A stretch of DNA of 52,285 bases from contig JBEKYR010000039.1 of assembly GCA_049510745.1 (NCBI GenBank), positions 1-52,285 on the forward strand, read 5' to 3'. Shown piece by piece: positions 16,729 to 27,056 of the stretch. Below the pieces are notes generated by a model that was given only the letters and a program-made list of their open reading frames with translations, was not told where the DNA came from and did no database searches. The DNA comes from Verrucomicrobiota bacterium (GTDB taxonomy: Bacteria; Verrucomicrobiota; Verrucomicrobiia; Limisphaerales; Palsa-1400). Made by a program: the position numbers and the translations under genes. Positions within the stretch are counted from its first letter, which is position 1; each line of letters starts with the position of its first letter.

Positions 16729-17604
16729 GTGAGCATTTTGGATGTCATTCAGCGGAGCGCCGATTTTCTGGCGAAAAAAGGAGTGGCCTCGCCCCGCCTT
16801 CAGGTCGAGCTTCTCCTGGCGCACGCCTTGGGAATGCCTCGCATGAAGCTCTATTTGAATTTCGAGCGGGTGCTCACCGCCGGGGAATTGGACACCCTCC
16901 GCGCCCTGGTCCAGCGCCGCGGCCAGCGCGAGCCTTTGCAGTATATCGTCGGCTCGGCTTCCTTCTGCGGCCTGGAAATGGCGTTGAACCCGAAGGTGCT
17001 CATTCCCCGGCCGGAAACGGAGTTGCTGGCGGAGCGGGGGTGGAAGTTCCTCCAGAATTGCGCGGGCACTCCGACGGCGCTGGACCTGGGCACCGGCAGC
17101 GGATGCCTGGCCATTGCCTTGGCGCGAAACGCCCCCGCCAGCCAAATCCACGCCACGGATTTTTCCGGCGAAGCCCTGGAAGTCGCCCGTCAGAACGCCG
17201 AGCGCCACGAAGTGGCCGGGCGCATCCGATGGCACCGGGGAGACGTTTTCGCGGCCGTGCCGGCGGAACTGCGTTTCGATTTGATTGTCTCCAATCCGCC
17301 TTACATCCCCTCGGCGCGGATCGACACGCTCGAACCGGAAGTGCGCGAGCACGAGCCGCGCAGCGCCCTGGATGGCGGCGCCGATGGGTTGGACTTTTAC
17401 CGGCGCATGGCGGCCGAGGGGCGCCCCTTCCTGCGGCCCGGCGGACGTCTCATGGTCGAATTGGATGATGACGGCGCGGAGGCGGCCCGCGAGATTTTTC
17501 AACGGGAAAACTGGAGTGTCGAGGCGGTGGAAACGGATGACAACCGCACTCCGAGGATTTTGATTGCGCATCTTCCGTCCCAGGCACAGGATGGCCGCGG
17601 TTAA
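16729..17604 (+). CDS. prmC: Release factor glutamine N5-methyltransferase
   Basis: EPLQYI, VLIPRPETELL, LDLGTGSGC, VSNPPY, ALDGG.DGL. Confidence 0.95.
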   Translation: MSILDVIQRSADFLAKKGVASPRLQVELLLAHALGMPRMKLYLNFERVLTAGELDTLRALVQRRGQREPLQYIVGSASFCGLEMALNPKVLIPRPETELLAERGWKFLQNCAGTPTALDLGTGSGCLAIALARNAPASQIHATDFSGEALEVARQNAERHEVAGRIRWHRGDVFAAVPAELRFDLIVSNPPYIPSARIDTLEPEVREHEPRSALDGGADGLDFYRRMAAEGRPFLRPGGRLMVELDDDGAEAAREIFQRENWSVEAVETDDNRTPRILIAHLPSQAQDGRG

Positions 17605-17618
17605 AGCTGAACTGATTC

Positions 17619-18881
17619 ATGGATAGCTTTCTGATCAAAGGCGGCACGCCTCTGCACGGTGAGGTCCAGATCAGCGGCGCCAAAAACGCCGTGCTGCCGA
17701 TCATGGCCGCCGCCCTCCTGACACCCGAACCCTGCCTCATCCGCCGCGTCCCCAACCTGAGCGACGTGCGTTTCATGGGCAAAATCCTCGAATCCCTCGG
17801 CGCCTCGGTGAAATTTGAGGGCGACACCGCCGCCATTCACGCGGCCAAGGTCAAGGGGCTGGGCGATTACGAGTTGATCCGCAAAATGCGCGGCTCCATT
17901 TGCATTCTCGGCCCGCTGCTCGGACGCAACGGCAAGGCGCTGGTTTCGTTGCCGGGCGGTTGTGTCATTGGCGCCCGGCCCATCGACTTGCATCTCAAAG
18001 GGCTGAAGTCGCTCGGCACGAAAATCACGATTGAAAACGGTTACATCAACGCCTCCGCCAAAAAGCTCCGGGGCGCCGAGGTCTTCCTGGGCGGACGCGC
18101 CGGGCCGACCGTTCTGGGCACGGCCAATGTCCTCATGGCCGCCGTGCTGGCCGATGGCGTGACCACCATCGAGAGCGCGGCGTGCGAGCCGGAGGTCATC
18201 GACCTGGTCCATTTCCTCAATGCCATGGGCGCGCGCGTTTCGGGCGCGGGCAGCCCCACTCTCACCGTCACGGGCGTCAAAAGTTTGCACGGCGCGGAGC
18301 ACGAAGTCATTCCTGACCGCATCGAAACGGCGACCTTCGCCGTGGCCGCGGCGGCGACCAACGGGGAAGTCACCATTCATGGAGCGCGCCCCGACCATCT
18401 CCACGCGGTGCTGGACAAGTTGCGCGAGGCGGGGGTCAGCGTGGAACGTTCCGGGCCGGCCCTCAAAGTCTCGCGGCGCGGCCGCCTGAAAGCGGTGGAT
18501 ATTACGACGCTGCCTTACGCGGGTTTTCCCACCGATGTCCAGGCGCAAATGATGGTGTTAATGGCGTTGACTCCGGGCATCAGCATCATTACCGAGCGGA
18601 TTTTTGAATCGCGCTTCATGCACGTGAGCGAACTGGCGCGGTTGGGCGCGGACATCGCCATCGAAGGGCCGAGCGCCATTGTCAAGGGCGGCAAACCGTT
18701 GAGCGGCGCGCCCGTCATGGCCAGCGACCTGCGCGCCTCGGCCGCGCTGGTCATCGCCGGCTTGGCCGCCCGCGGCGCCACCGAGGTCAACCGCGTCTAT
18801 CATATTGACCGCGGCTACGAGAACATCGACGGCAAATTGCGCCAGCTCGGCGCCAAAATTGTGCGGCAGGAGGCATCGTGA
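17619..18881 (+). CDS. murA: UDP-N-acetylglucosamine 1-carboxyvinyltransferase
   Basis: SGAKNAVLPI, LPGGCVIGARPIDLH, GFPTD.Q, ASDLRA, HIDRGY. Confidence 0.97.
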   Translation: MDSFLIKGGTPLHGEVQISGAKNAVLPIMAAALLTPEPCLIRRVPNLSDVRFMGKILESLGASVKFEGDTAAIHAAKVKGLGDYELIRKMRGSICILGPLLGRNGKALVSLPGGCVIGARPIDLHLKGLKSLGTKITIENGYINASAKKLRGAEVFLGGRAGPTVLGTANVLMAAVLADGVTTIESAACEPEVIDLVHFLNAMGARVSGAGSPTLTVTGVKSLHGAEHEVIPDRIETATFAVAAAATNGEVTIHGARPDHLHAVLDKLREAGVSVERSGPALKVSRRGRLKAVDITTLPYAGFPTDVQAQMMVLMALTPGISIITERIFESRFMHVSELARLGADIAIEGPSAIVKGGKPLSGAPVMASDLRASAALVIAGLAARGATEVNRVYHIDRGYENIDGKLRQLGAKIVRQEAS

Positions 18882-19276
18882 AATTCGTTATTGCCCTGGT
18901 CATCATCATCGGGCTGTCCCTGGGGGTCCGGCAACTTTATCGCTATTGGGGAACTTTCAAAGAAAAGGCACCCGCCGCCGCGCCGGCGCGCGCGGAAGTG
19001 CCGGACGATCAATTGCCGGGCTTGCCCGCCGCCCTTCAATCTGATCTGGAGGAGGCCCGCCAGCACGGAGCCGCCGGTCTGCGGCATTTTTTGGACGCCT
19101 ACGGCAAATCGATCCAGGACCCGCGCCGGGCCTCCATTGAATTGGATTACGTGGTCCTGCTCACCCAAAGCAATCCCGCCGAAGCCTGCCGGGTTTTTGC
19201 CAAAATCAAAGAGCGCCTGCCGCCGGACTCGCCCGTCTATGATCGGATGAAACGACTTGAAAAAACCTACGAATAA
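18878..19276 (+). CDS. Membrane-anchored hypothetical protein
   Basis: GTGA overlap with murA; N-terminal TM. Confidence 0.75.
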   Translation: MKFVIALVIIIGLSLGVRQLYRYWGTFKEKAPAAAPARAEVPDDQLPGLPAALQSDLEEARQHGAAGLRHFLDAYGKSIQDPRRASIELDYVVLLTQSNPAEACRVFAKIKERLPPDSPVYDRMKRLEKTYE

Positions 19277-19354
19277 GGCGCGCAAAATTTGCCTCGATTT
19301 TTTTTAAAAGGCGCTTATTCTTTCACCAACAAACCGCACCAAAGCGAGCTAACT

Positions 19355-19864
19355 ATGGACCTCAGTTTCAAATGCCCCTCCTGCGGCCAGGAATTGGAGG
19401 TCGATGCCAGCGCCGCCGGCTCGACCATCGACTGCCCCGCCTGTTCCAACTCTCTCACCGTTCCCGCTCCCGAAGCGGCGGAAGAAGCCGCGCCCGCGGC
19501 CGAAGCGGCGGAAGAGAGCGCGCCCGCGGCCGAAGCGGCCGCCCCGGCGCCGCCCCAACCGGAGAAGCACTTCGCCGTGCCCATCCACGAGCATGTGACG
19601 TCCGAAGTGCTGATAAAAAAGGCCAACAAACCGCTGGATGTCGCGGCCAAAGAGAGCGATAGGACCCTGCGGGTCAAAACGATCAAACGAACCGATTGCC
19701 TGGAAGTGGGGCACGACAAATTCGATGAAATCGTGTCCAGGTTCCTGGACCGGGTCGGCAAGGAAAACATCGTCAGCGTCACCTCGGTCAACTACAGCTA
19801 TCTGGAACTGAGCAGCAAGACGATTTTGATCGATTACGGCATCATGATTGTTTACAGGGGCTGA
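19355..19864 (+). CDS. Zn-ribbon protein with Ala/Glu/Pro linker
   Basis: CPSC...CPAC; start placed at ATG 19355. Confidence 0.8.
   Translation: MDLSFKCPSCGQELEVDASAAGSTIDCPACSNSLTVPAPEAAEEAAPAAEAAEESAPAAEAAAPAPPQPEKHFAVPIHEHVTSEVLIKKANKPLDVAAKESDRTLRVKTIKRTDCLEVGHDKFDEIVSRFLDRVGKENIVSVTSVNYSYLELSSKTILIDYGIMIVYRG
19471..19539 (+). repeat. In-frame 30-bp tandem repeat (~2.3 copies)
   Basis: CGAAGCGGCGGAAGAAGCCGCGCCCGCGGC / CGAAGCGGCGGAAGAGAGCGCGCCCGCGGC / CGAAGCGGC. Confidence 0.85.
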
Positions 19865-19913
19865 CGGCGCCCTCCCCAACCTGGCGCTTTGCCGGCTGGG
19901 TTCCCGGGGGCCG

Positions 19914-21293
19914 CTATTTGGAATGGGTCCCGCCGATGGCGAGCAGTTCGTGGCGCGTGCGGTAGTAAAGGGTCCCGTCCGAAACGGCCGCCGTCGAAAG
20001 GCAGGTTTCGTTGAGGGTGTTGGTCGCGGCGACGGAGAAGCTGGCGCCGGCCGGGACCACATAGACATTTCCAATCTCGCTTGTAAAGTATAGATTCTTG
20101 CCGTCGGACACCGGGGAGGCGGTGAATCCTTCCGACCCGTTCCCGAGGCGTTCGCTGTAGCGGATCGCGCCGGACCTGGCTTCGAAACAGGTCACGATTC
20201 CGTAATCGGCGCAACTGTAAAGGAAGTCTCCGACCACAATCGGCGTTTGCATGTAATTTCCCTTGCGGTCCTGCTGCCAGGCCACGGCGGGATTGGTCGC
20301 TCCCGCGGGCGTGACAGTGAGGTGCTGGTCATCGAGCCGGACAGCGCGCATCGGGTGTTGCGCTCCGTGGGCGCTGGTGAAGAAGGCCAGGCCACCGGCG
20401 ACGATGGGCGTGGGCACGGGAATGTCGCCGCCGCCGTCCAGTTTCCAGATTTCCCTGCCGTCGGCAAAATCGTAGGCGCCGGTGTGGCGCCAGCCGTTGA
20501 CCAGAATCTCGGTTCGATCCCCCGCCCTGGCCACCGCCGGAGTGCCCCAGGTGGGAACGTCGTGCCGCGCCGTGCGCCATAATTCACGGCCATCGGCCAG
20601 ATCAAACTCGGCCAGGAACGAATCCCCCAACACATCGCACAGCACCACCACTTTGCCGTCATGAATGACCGGCGAACTGGAAAATCCCCACTGCGCGCTG
20701 GGGACAACATAGAACCCGGACTTCATCGGGCCGAGGTCCTTTTTCCAGATCAGTTTTCCCTCGCGATCAAAGCAGAACAATCCTTCCGAGCCAAAGATGG
20801 CCGCGATCCGTTGTCCATCGGTCGCGGGGGTCGAATTACAGTGGGTCGATTTGGGATGGCGTTTGCCCCGCGGAATCCCTTCATAGCCCAGCTTGTCCCA
20901 CACGATTTTGCCCGTGTTCTTCTCCAAGGCCAGCAAGCGCCACTGATGCGATTCCTGGTCGTCCGCCGGCGTGATGTCCCCGTAAAGCCCCACCTTCACC
21001 TCCTGATTGCCGGGGCCGACCGCCGTAATGACGTAAATAACGTTTCCCCAAACGATGGGCGACGAATGCGCCAGCCCGGGAATCGGTGTGTGCCAGCGGA
21101 TGTTCTCGCCTTTCTCGATATTCCAGTGGACGGGTGTCGGCGCGCTCGCCTCGATCCCGGAGGCATCGGGACCGCGAAACTGGGGCCAATCGGCAGCCGC
21201 GGCGCAGCCGGCCCAGAGGACAGCCAAGAAAAAACCTGCTCTGCGTATGTTGCTCACGGCCGAAAGGAGACAGAAAACCAGCCCTGCCGTCAA
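19914..21293 (-). CDS. PQQ-like beta-propeller (BamB-like) secreted protein
   Basis: DWPQFRGP, HSSPIVWG, NSTPATDG, G..W repeats; start uncertain. Confidence 0.9.
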   Translation of the reverse strand: MTAGLVFCLLSAVSNIRRAGFFLAVLWAGCAAAADWPQFRGPDASGIEASAPTPVHWNIEKGENIRWHTPIPGLAHSSPIVWGNVIYVITAVGPGNQEVKVGLYGDITPADDQESHQWRLLALEKNTGKIVWDKLGYEGIPRGKRHPKSTHCNSTPATDGQRIAAIFGSEGLFCFDREGKLIWKKDLGPMKSGFYVVPSAQWGFSSSPVIHDGKVVVLCDVLGDSFLAEFDLADGRELWRTARHDVPTWGTPAVARAGDRTEILVNGWRHTGAYDFADGREIWKLDGGGDIPVPTPIVAGGLAFFTSAHGAQHPMRAVRLDDQHLTVTPAGATNPAVAWQQDRKGNYMQTPIVVGDFLYSCADYGIVTCFEARSGAIRYSERLGNGSEGFTASPVSDGKNLYFTSEIGNVYVVPAGASFSVAATNTLNETCLSTAAVSDGTLYYRTRHELLAIGGTHSK

Positions 21294-21304
21294 GCGCGCG
21301 GTGT

Positions 21305-21339
21305 GAAGTCAGAAGGATGAAGGAAGAGGGAAGAAGTCC
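21305..21339. repeat. Degenerate heptamer tandem repeat
   Basis: GAAGTCA GAAGGAT GAAGGAA GAGGGAA GAAGTCC. Confidence 0.6.
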
Positions 21340-21414
21340 CAGTTCCGACGGGTGCAGGCAGGACCGAGGAAGCCTGATGGCGGGGCGGGGAAGTGGGCGT
21401 TGGGCAAGGGGATG

Positions 21415-21816
21415 TCACGATTTGTGGACGTAATTGCGGATCTTTTGGACGGTATCCTGGATCGGCCCGATGACCCCCATTTTTACCAGCAGCACGATCA
21501 AAAGAGTGTAAAGCAGAGAGATCGCCAGATCACGGCACAAGCATTTTCGGGAATAAGGCTGGTCGGCCTCGCTGATGATTTTCGCGCCGCCCTTTTGCAT
21601 GAGGACAAAGCCGAGGAGGTTGGAGAGCCAATAAGCCAGGATGAGACTGGCGGTGAAGGCCGGTTTGTAGAACCAGCTTGTGACCCAGGCGCAAGCCAGG
21701 GCCAGCGGCCAATTGACAAAGAGGTCGTTCCACCAGGAGAGCGGCGAGAGCATGTAGCCGATGAGGGCCAAAGTGCCGCCGGAGATTTTCCGTTTTGTGA
21801 TCCGCAACTTTGCCAT
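21415..21816 (-). CDS. Integral membrane hypothetical protein
   Basis: GYMLSPLSWWNDLFVN motif; 3-4 hydrophobic segments. Confidence 0.8.
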   Translation of the reverse strand: MAKLRITKRKISGGTLALIGYMLSPLSWWNDLFVNWPLALACAWVTSWFYKPAFTASLILAYWLSNLLGFVLMQKGGAKIISEADQPYSRKCLCRDLAISLLYTLLIVLLVKMGVIGPIQDTVQKIRNYVHKS

Positions 21817-21943
21817 GCAAGGGGAAGGTTAGCAAAGCCCGGCCTTGGCCGCCACGTTGGCGTTCGGATCATCGGAGTTTGGGCTGTTCCGGGCCAGATA
21901 AGAGAATTGACATCGATCCTGAAAAAGCATAAGTATTGATTAT

Positions 21944-24900
21944 ATGCAACGTATGAATGCCATCGCGCGATCCCTGGAAAACACACCCTGTCTGCTGGTC
22001 CTGGCGGCGGGACTGCTTTTGTCCCAAACCCTCCCGGCCGCCGTCAATTTCACCGTGACACCGCCGGCGGTCAGCAACACTTACAGCGGTTTTATCACGC
22101 TTCAGGTGACTGGCCTCATCAGCGGCGATACGGTGTTGGTGCAGAAATTCATCGATCCCAACGCCAACGGCGTCATTGCGACCAATGACTGGCTGCTGCA
22201 ACAGTTTCAACTGACCGATGGCCAGGCCGGCATGGTCATCGGCGGCATCGTCAATTCCAACGTCCCCGGCGATACCGACACGACGGCGGGACAAATCACC
22301 GCGCAGTTGAATTTCCAGAACGGCGACTTCATGCAGGACGTGATTGGGCAATATGCGTTCGTGCTCTCCAGTCCGAGCGGGCATTTTTCGCCGATCACGA
22401 ATCTCTTCAGCGTCACCAACTTCCCCTACGGGCAGAAGTTCACCGGCAACGTGGTCATCAATGGCACGAGCACGACGGTGCCCAATGCTGTTGTCCTCCT
22501 GTTCCCGGCTGCCGGAAAGGGGAGTCCGGAGATGGGCGCGTGGGCGAACAACTCCGGCGGCTACACCATTCAAGCGCCGCCGGGGACTTATGGATTAGCC
22601 GCCATCAAAAGCAATTATGTCGTCAATATCGAGACGCGGCCGGTTCTCACTCTGGGCAGCGGCCAGACCGTCACCACCAACCTCGCCGTGACCAACGCCA
22701 CAGCCTCCGTCTCCGGCCAACTGGTCAATGCCACCAATGCTGCCATCGGGCTGCCCGGCCTCCTTTTGTCGGTCCAGGCGACCAACGGCCTGATGGGGGT
22801 GGGTTTCACCGATAGCAACGGCAATTTCACCGTGGGCGTCGCCTCCAACTCCGGCTTGTGGGAGATTGACGTGTCGGACTCGCGCCTGCTTGCTTATGGC
22901 TATGTCGGATGGAACAACGACACCAACGTCAACTCCGGCGCCACGGGTCTCTCCCTGGTATTCCCCAAAGCCTCGGCTCTCTTTTACGGCAGTGTGCGGG
23001 ACATTCTGGGAAATCCCCTTCCGGGCATTGAAGTTGAGGCCGACGACAACAATAACATCTACGACGCCGATGGCTACACCGATCCCAATGGGTATTATGC
23101 CGTCGCCGCCCTGGGCGGACTGGATAACAACCCCTGGCGGGTTCGAATCAGCACTGACCACAGTCCCGCCAATTACCTTTTTGGGCAGCCGGACTTAGAT
23201 CAAAACGGCGGCACCAACATGAGCAACGGTGAGGCGCTGCTGGCAAACTTCACTGGCATTCTCGCGACCAATTCCATCTCCGGCTATCTTCAGGATGGCA
23301 GCGGCACTCCGATCTCCGGCGTTGAGATCGACACCAGCGCGACCATTAGCAACGTCTATTATCAGGCGCAATATGTCGATACCGGCGCCAATGGTTATTA
23401 TTCGGTGAACGTGGCCAATGGCACTTGGACGGTTAGTGTCAGTACTTGCAGCGATTGCAATGATGGTTTGCCCGCCAACTATCTCAGCCCGCCTCGTCAG
23501 ACGGTGGTCATTTCCAACGACAATGGCACAGCCAACTTCGTCGCCCTTCTCGCGACCAATACCATCTCCGGCTATCTCAAGGATAACAGCGGCAACCCGC
23601 TGGCCGGGATCGGGATCTACGCCAACGACCAGAGCGACACCAATTTTCAGGCCTACGCGGACACCGGCGCCAATGGCAATTATTCGCTGAACGTAGCCAA
23701 CGGCGGTTGGTCTGTCGGGGTAAATTGCAATGGCGGCAGTGACAGCCTGGACAACATTTTTGGCCCTGGGAATTACCAATGCCCCGCCAACCTCAACCTC
23801 ACCATCACCAACAACAATGGCACGGCGAATTTCACCGTCCCACTTTGCAGCGGGCTTGCCATCACGACCGCGTCCCTGCCCGCCGGCCAAGTCAACTCCT
23901 ATTACGATCAGTATCTCCAGGCTTCCAGTTGCAGTTCCAGCTTCACCTGGTCGCTCATTGCCGGTTCATTGCCGCCGGGTTTTGCCGCGAACAGTTCCAC
24001 CGGCGAAATCTATGGCACGCCCACCAATGCCGGCACCTTCAATTTCACCGTCCTGGTCACCGACGGCAACGGCCTGACAACGACTCAGACCCTGTCGCTG
24101 ACGATCAACGGCGGCGTGTTGCAAGTGACGACCACTTCACTGTCCAGCGGCACAACCAACGTGGCCTACACCAGCCAGCAGTTGACCGCCATCGGCGGTC
24201 AGCCGCCGTATCGCTGGTCGCTCGCCTCGGGGCTGCTGCCGCCCGGCTTGAGTATCGCCACCAACGGGCTTATTAGCGGGACTCCCACGACCGCCGGGAC
24301 TTCCAATTTCGTCGTGCGAGTGACGGACAGCCTATCAGCGACGGCGACGCAGCCCTTGTCGCTGGCCGTCTATCCGTTCTCAACTTCCGTGACCTTTGCG
24401 GTCACGCCCCCTGCCGTGAGCAACTTTTACACCGGGACCATAACTCTTCAGGTGGGCGGCTTGTTCAACGGCGAGACGGTGCTGGTCGAGAAATTCCGCG
24501 ACAACAACGCCAACGGACTTATCGACGCGGGCGATACGCAGGTGCAGCAGTTCCAGCTGACCGATGGCCAGGCGAGCGTCTTTTTCAACGGAACAACCCC
24601 CGTCACGAACTTCAACATCCCGGGAGACCTGACCCCGGCCGATGGGGCGATCACAGCGCGGTTGAATCTTGCCCTCGGCGGAATCTCGCAGGTGACCGTG
24701 GCGCAATACGCCTTCCGACTCTCCAGCCCCACGGGCCGCTTCGCGCCCATCACCAACCTCTTCAACGTCACTAACTCCGCCTTCGCGCAGTCCTTCTCCG
24801 GCAACGTGGTCTGCGGCGCCACCAACGTCCCCCGTGCCATCGCCTGTTTGTTTGCCCTCCCCTTCGGCCCCAACAGCCCTGTCATCGCCACCGCCTTGGC

Positions 24901-26950
24901 TGATGGCAACGGCGCCTACCGCCTCAACGCCCCGCCCGCAACCTATCTGCTCTGCGCCTTCAAGAACGGTTTCGTGGCTTCCTACCAATACAGCCCGGTC
25001 CTCGCCTTGGGCGCTAATGCCGCCATCACCACTAACCTGAGTCTGCTTCCGGCCACTTGCTCCATCTCCGGCAGTTTCGTCGATGCCGCCAACAGCAACG
25101 CCGGACTGCCGTGCCTCAAAGTGGACGCGGGCACCGGCGACGGCCTGATCACGGCCGACTGGACGGATGGCAATGGAAACTTCTCCCTGCCAAGCACAAC
25201 CGATTGGTGGGTGTTTTGGGGTGACCCCGCCAACCTTGATTTTCAAGGGTTTCTTGGTTTGCAGTCCCCCACCGTCGTCAACACCGGCTCCGGCAGCGTC
25301 GCGGGCCTGACCATCCCGTTGCCCAGGGGCACCGCCCTGGTCTATGGCACCGTCAACGATGCGCAAAACCATCCGCTCGCCGGCGTCCGCCTCTCCGCCA
25401 GTCAAAACGACGGTTCCAGCCCTTATGTGGGCGACGCCGCCACAGACCAGAATGGGAACTACGCCATGGCGGTTAACAATGCCGGGGTGTGGAATGCCTT
25501 CATCAGCGGCAACAATCAGGCCTTTTCCAACTATCTGTGGTCTGGCTGGATGGGAGATACGTCGCTCTCCAATGGCCAGGCCGTGCAGTGGAATTTCAAC
25601 GGCCTGCTTGCGACTAATACCATCTCCGGCTCTCTCAAGGACGACAGCGGCCACCCCATCCCCGGTGTCTGGCTGTTTGCCGGCACAACCGTCGGCGAGG
25701 CGACCTTCAACCTGGGCGGCGTGACCACCGACAGCAATGGCAATTATTCGATGACCGTGGGCAACGGCACCTGGACGGTGGGTATCGCCGGCAGCGGCAA
25801 TGGCGTCTTGCCCGCCAACTATCTGTTCCCTCCAATTCAATTGGTTGTGATTTCCAACTACAACGGCACCGCGAATTTCATCGCGCCTGTTGCCACCCAA
25901 CAAATCACCGGTCATGTCCAGCAAAACAACGGCACTCCCATCACCGGCCTGGCGGTCTGGGCCGTCATGTCCAGTTACAATCAATTTCGGAACACCGATG
26001 CCAGCGGCAACTACTCCCTGGGCGTGACCAACGGCCTTTGGTCCGTCTCCCTCCAAACCAGCGGCGGCATGAATAGTTTGGACAGCATCCTCGGCGGCGG
26101 CAATTATGAGGTTCCGCCCAGCCAGTCTGTCGCCGTTACCAACAACAATGGCACGGCGAATTTCACCGTCCAACTTTGCGGCGGCGTCTCCATTACCACC
26201 ACGTCACTGCCCTCCGGCCAGGTCAACTCCTATTACAATCAGTTCCTCCAGGCTTCCAGTTGCAGTTCCACCTTCGCCTGGTCGCTCCTTTCCGGCTCGC
26301 TCCCGCCGGGCTTGACCACGAACGCTTCCACCGGCGAAATCTACGGCACTCCCACCAATGCCGGCACATTCAATTTCACCGTCCAGGTCATCGACGGCAA
26401 CGACTCCTCGACGAATCAAGCTCTGTCCATTTACATCGCTCCGGCGCCTTCGACGCTGCAATTGACGACCCCTTCCCTTTCCAACGCCACGCAAAACGCC
26501 TATTATAGCACGACCCTGACCGCCACGGGCGGACAGCCGCCCTACACGTGGGGACTGGCGCCGGGTTCGGCCAGCCTGCCCCAGGGGTTGTCTTTGGGCA
26601 CCAACAGCGGCGTCATTTCCGGCACGCCCCCCAGCAGCGGAACCAAGAAATTCATCGTGCAAGTGACCGATTCTGCGCCAACGTCCGCGTCCCAAGTCCT
26701 GTCGCTGACGGTGAACAGCTCCACCAACCGGCCGGTGATTATCCTGACGGCGCCCGAGCGGCCCGCGACCAATCAATTCCAATTCTCCTTCATCAGCGCG
26801 TCTGGCGTGAGCTACACCATCCAATACAGCACGAATCTCAAAAGCTGGTTTCCCGTCCTGACGATAAATGGTTCTGGCGGAACAGAGACCGTCATCGACC
26901 CCAACGCCGCCGGCTCCGCCACGCGCTTTTATCGCGTGATAACACCGTAG
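21944..26950 (+). CDS. Large secreted protein with carboxypeptidase-regulatory-like and putative Ig (He_PIG-like) domains, internally duplicated
   Basis: Signal peptide; ISG.L.D..G.P...T..NG.Y and ITTxSLP..LPPGL..GTPT.AG repeats; C-terminal ...RFYRV. Confidence 0.9.
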   Translation: MQRMNAIARSLENTPCLLVLAAGLLLSQTLPAAVNFTVTPPAVSNTYSGFITLQVTGLISGDTVLVQKFIDPNANGVIATNDWLLQQFQLTDGQAGMVIGGIVNSNVPGDTDTTAGQITAQLNFQNGDFMQDVIGQYAFVLSSPSGHFSPITNLFSVTNFPYGQKFTGNVVINGTSTTVPNAVVLLFPAAGKGSPEMGAWANNSGGYTIQAPPGTYGLAAIKSNYVVNIETRPVLTLGSGQTVTTNLAVTNATASVSGQLVNATNAAIGLPGLLLSVQATNGLMGVGFTDSNGNFTVGVASNSGLWEIDVSDSRLLAYGYVGWNNDTNVNSGATGLSLVFPKASALFYGSVRDILGNPLPGIEVEADDNNNIYDADGYTDPNGYYAVAALGGLDNNPWRVRISTDHSPANYLFGQPDLDQNGGTNMSNGEALLANFTGILATNSISGYLQDGSGTPISGVEIDTSATISNVYYQAQYVDTGANGYYSVNVANGTWTVSVSTCSDCNDGLPANYLSPPRQTVVISNDNGTANFVALLATNTISGYLKDNSGNPLAGIGIYANDQSDTNFQAYADTGANGNYSLNVANGGWSVGVNCNGGSDSLDNIFGPGNYQCPANLNLTITNNNGTANFTVPLCSGLAITTASLPAGQVNSYYDQYLQASSCSSSFTWSLIAGSLPPGFAANSSTGEIYGTPTNAGTFNFTVLVTDGNGLTTTQTLSLTINGGVLQVTTTSLSSGTTNVAYTSQQLTAIGGQPPYRWSLASGLLPPGLSIATNGLISGTPTTAGTSNFVVRVTDSLSATATQPLSLAVYPFSTSVTFAVTPPAVSNFYTGTITLQVGGLFNGETVLVEKFRDNNANGLIDAGDTQVQQFQLTDGQASVFFNGTTPVTNFNIPGDLTPADGAITARLNLALGGISQVTVAQYAFRLSSPTGRFAPITNLFNVTNSAFAQSFSGNVVCGATNVPRAIACLFALPFGPNSPVIATALADGNGAYRLNAPPATYLLCAFKNGFVASYQYSPVLALGANAAITTNLSLLPATCSISGSFVDAANSNAGLPCLKVDAGTGDGLITADWTDGNGNFSLPSTTDWWVFWGDPANLDFQGFLGLQSPTVVNTGSGSVAGLTIPLPRGTALVYGTVNDAQNHPLAGVRLSASQNDGSSPYVGDAATDQNGNYAMAVNNAGVWNAFISGNNQAFSNYLWSGWMGDTSLSNGQAVQWNFNGLLATNTISGSLKDDSGHPIPGVWLFAGTTVGEATFNLGGVTTDSNGNYSMTVGNGTWTVGIAGSGNGVLPANYLFPPIQLVVISNYNGTANFIAPVATQQITGHVQQNNGTPITGLAVWAVMSSYNQFRNTDASGNYSLGVTNGLWSVSLQTSGGMNSLDSILGGGNYEVPPSQSVAVTNNNGTANFTVQLCGGVSITTTSLPSGQVNSYYNQFLQASSCSSTFAWSLLSGSLPPGLTTNASTGEIYGTPTNAGTFNFTVQVIDGNDSSTNQALSIYIAPAPSTLQLTTPSLSNATQNAYYSTTLTATGGQPPYTWGLAPGSASLPQGLSLGTNSGVISGTPPSSGTKKFIVQVTDSAPTSASQVLSLTVNSSTNRPVIILTAPERPATNQFQFSFISASGVSYTIQYSTNLKSWFPVLTINGSGGTETVIDPNAAGSATRFYRVITP

Positions 26951-27056
26951 AGCGAACGAGTTATTCCCTGGGATTGATGACCAATTTTGAAGTCACGCGC
27001 GTCCTCATAATTTTAGAGCTTTGAAACGCGGGCCGGTTCCGGCAGAGTGGCGTCCT

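Noticed and set aside
19471..19539. 30-bp repeats as a CRISPR array
   Set aside because: Tandem, no spacers, and in frame in an Ala/Glu linker.
23807..26400. Repeat pair as DGR template/variable region
   Set aside because: Both copies are in frame in one gene and the differences are not adenine-restricted; this is domain duplication.
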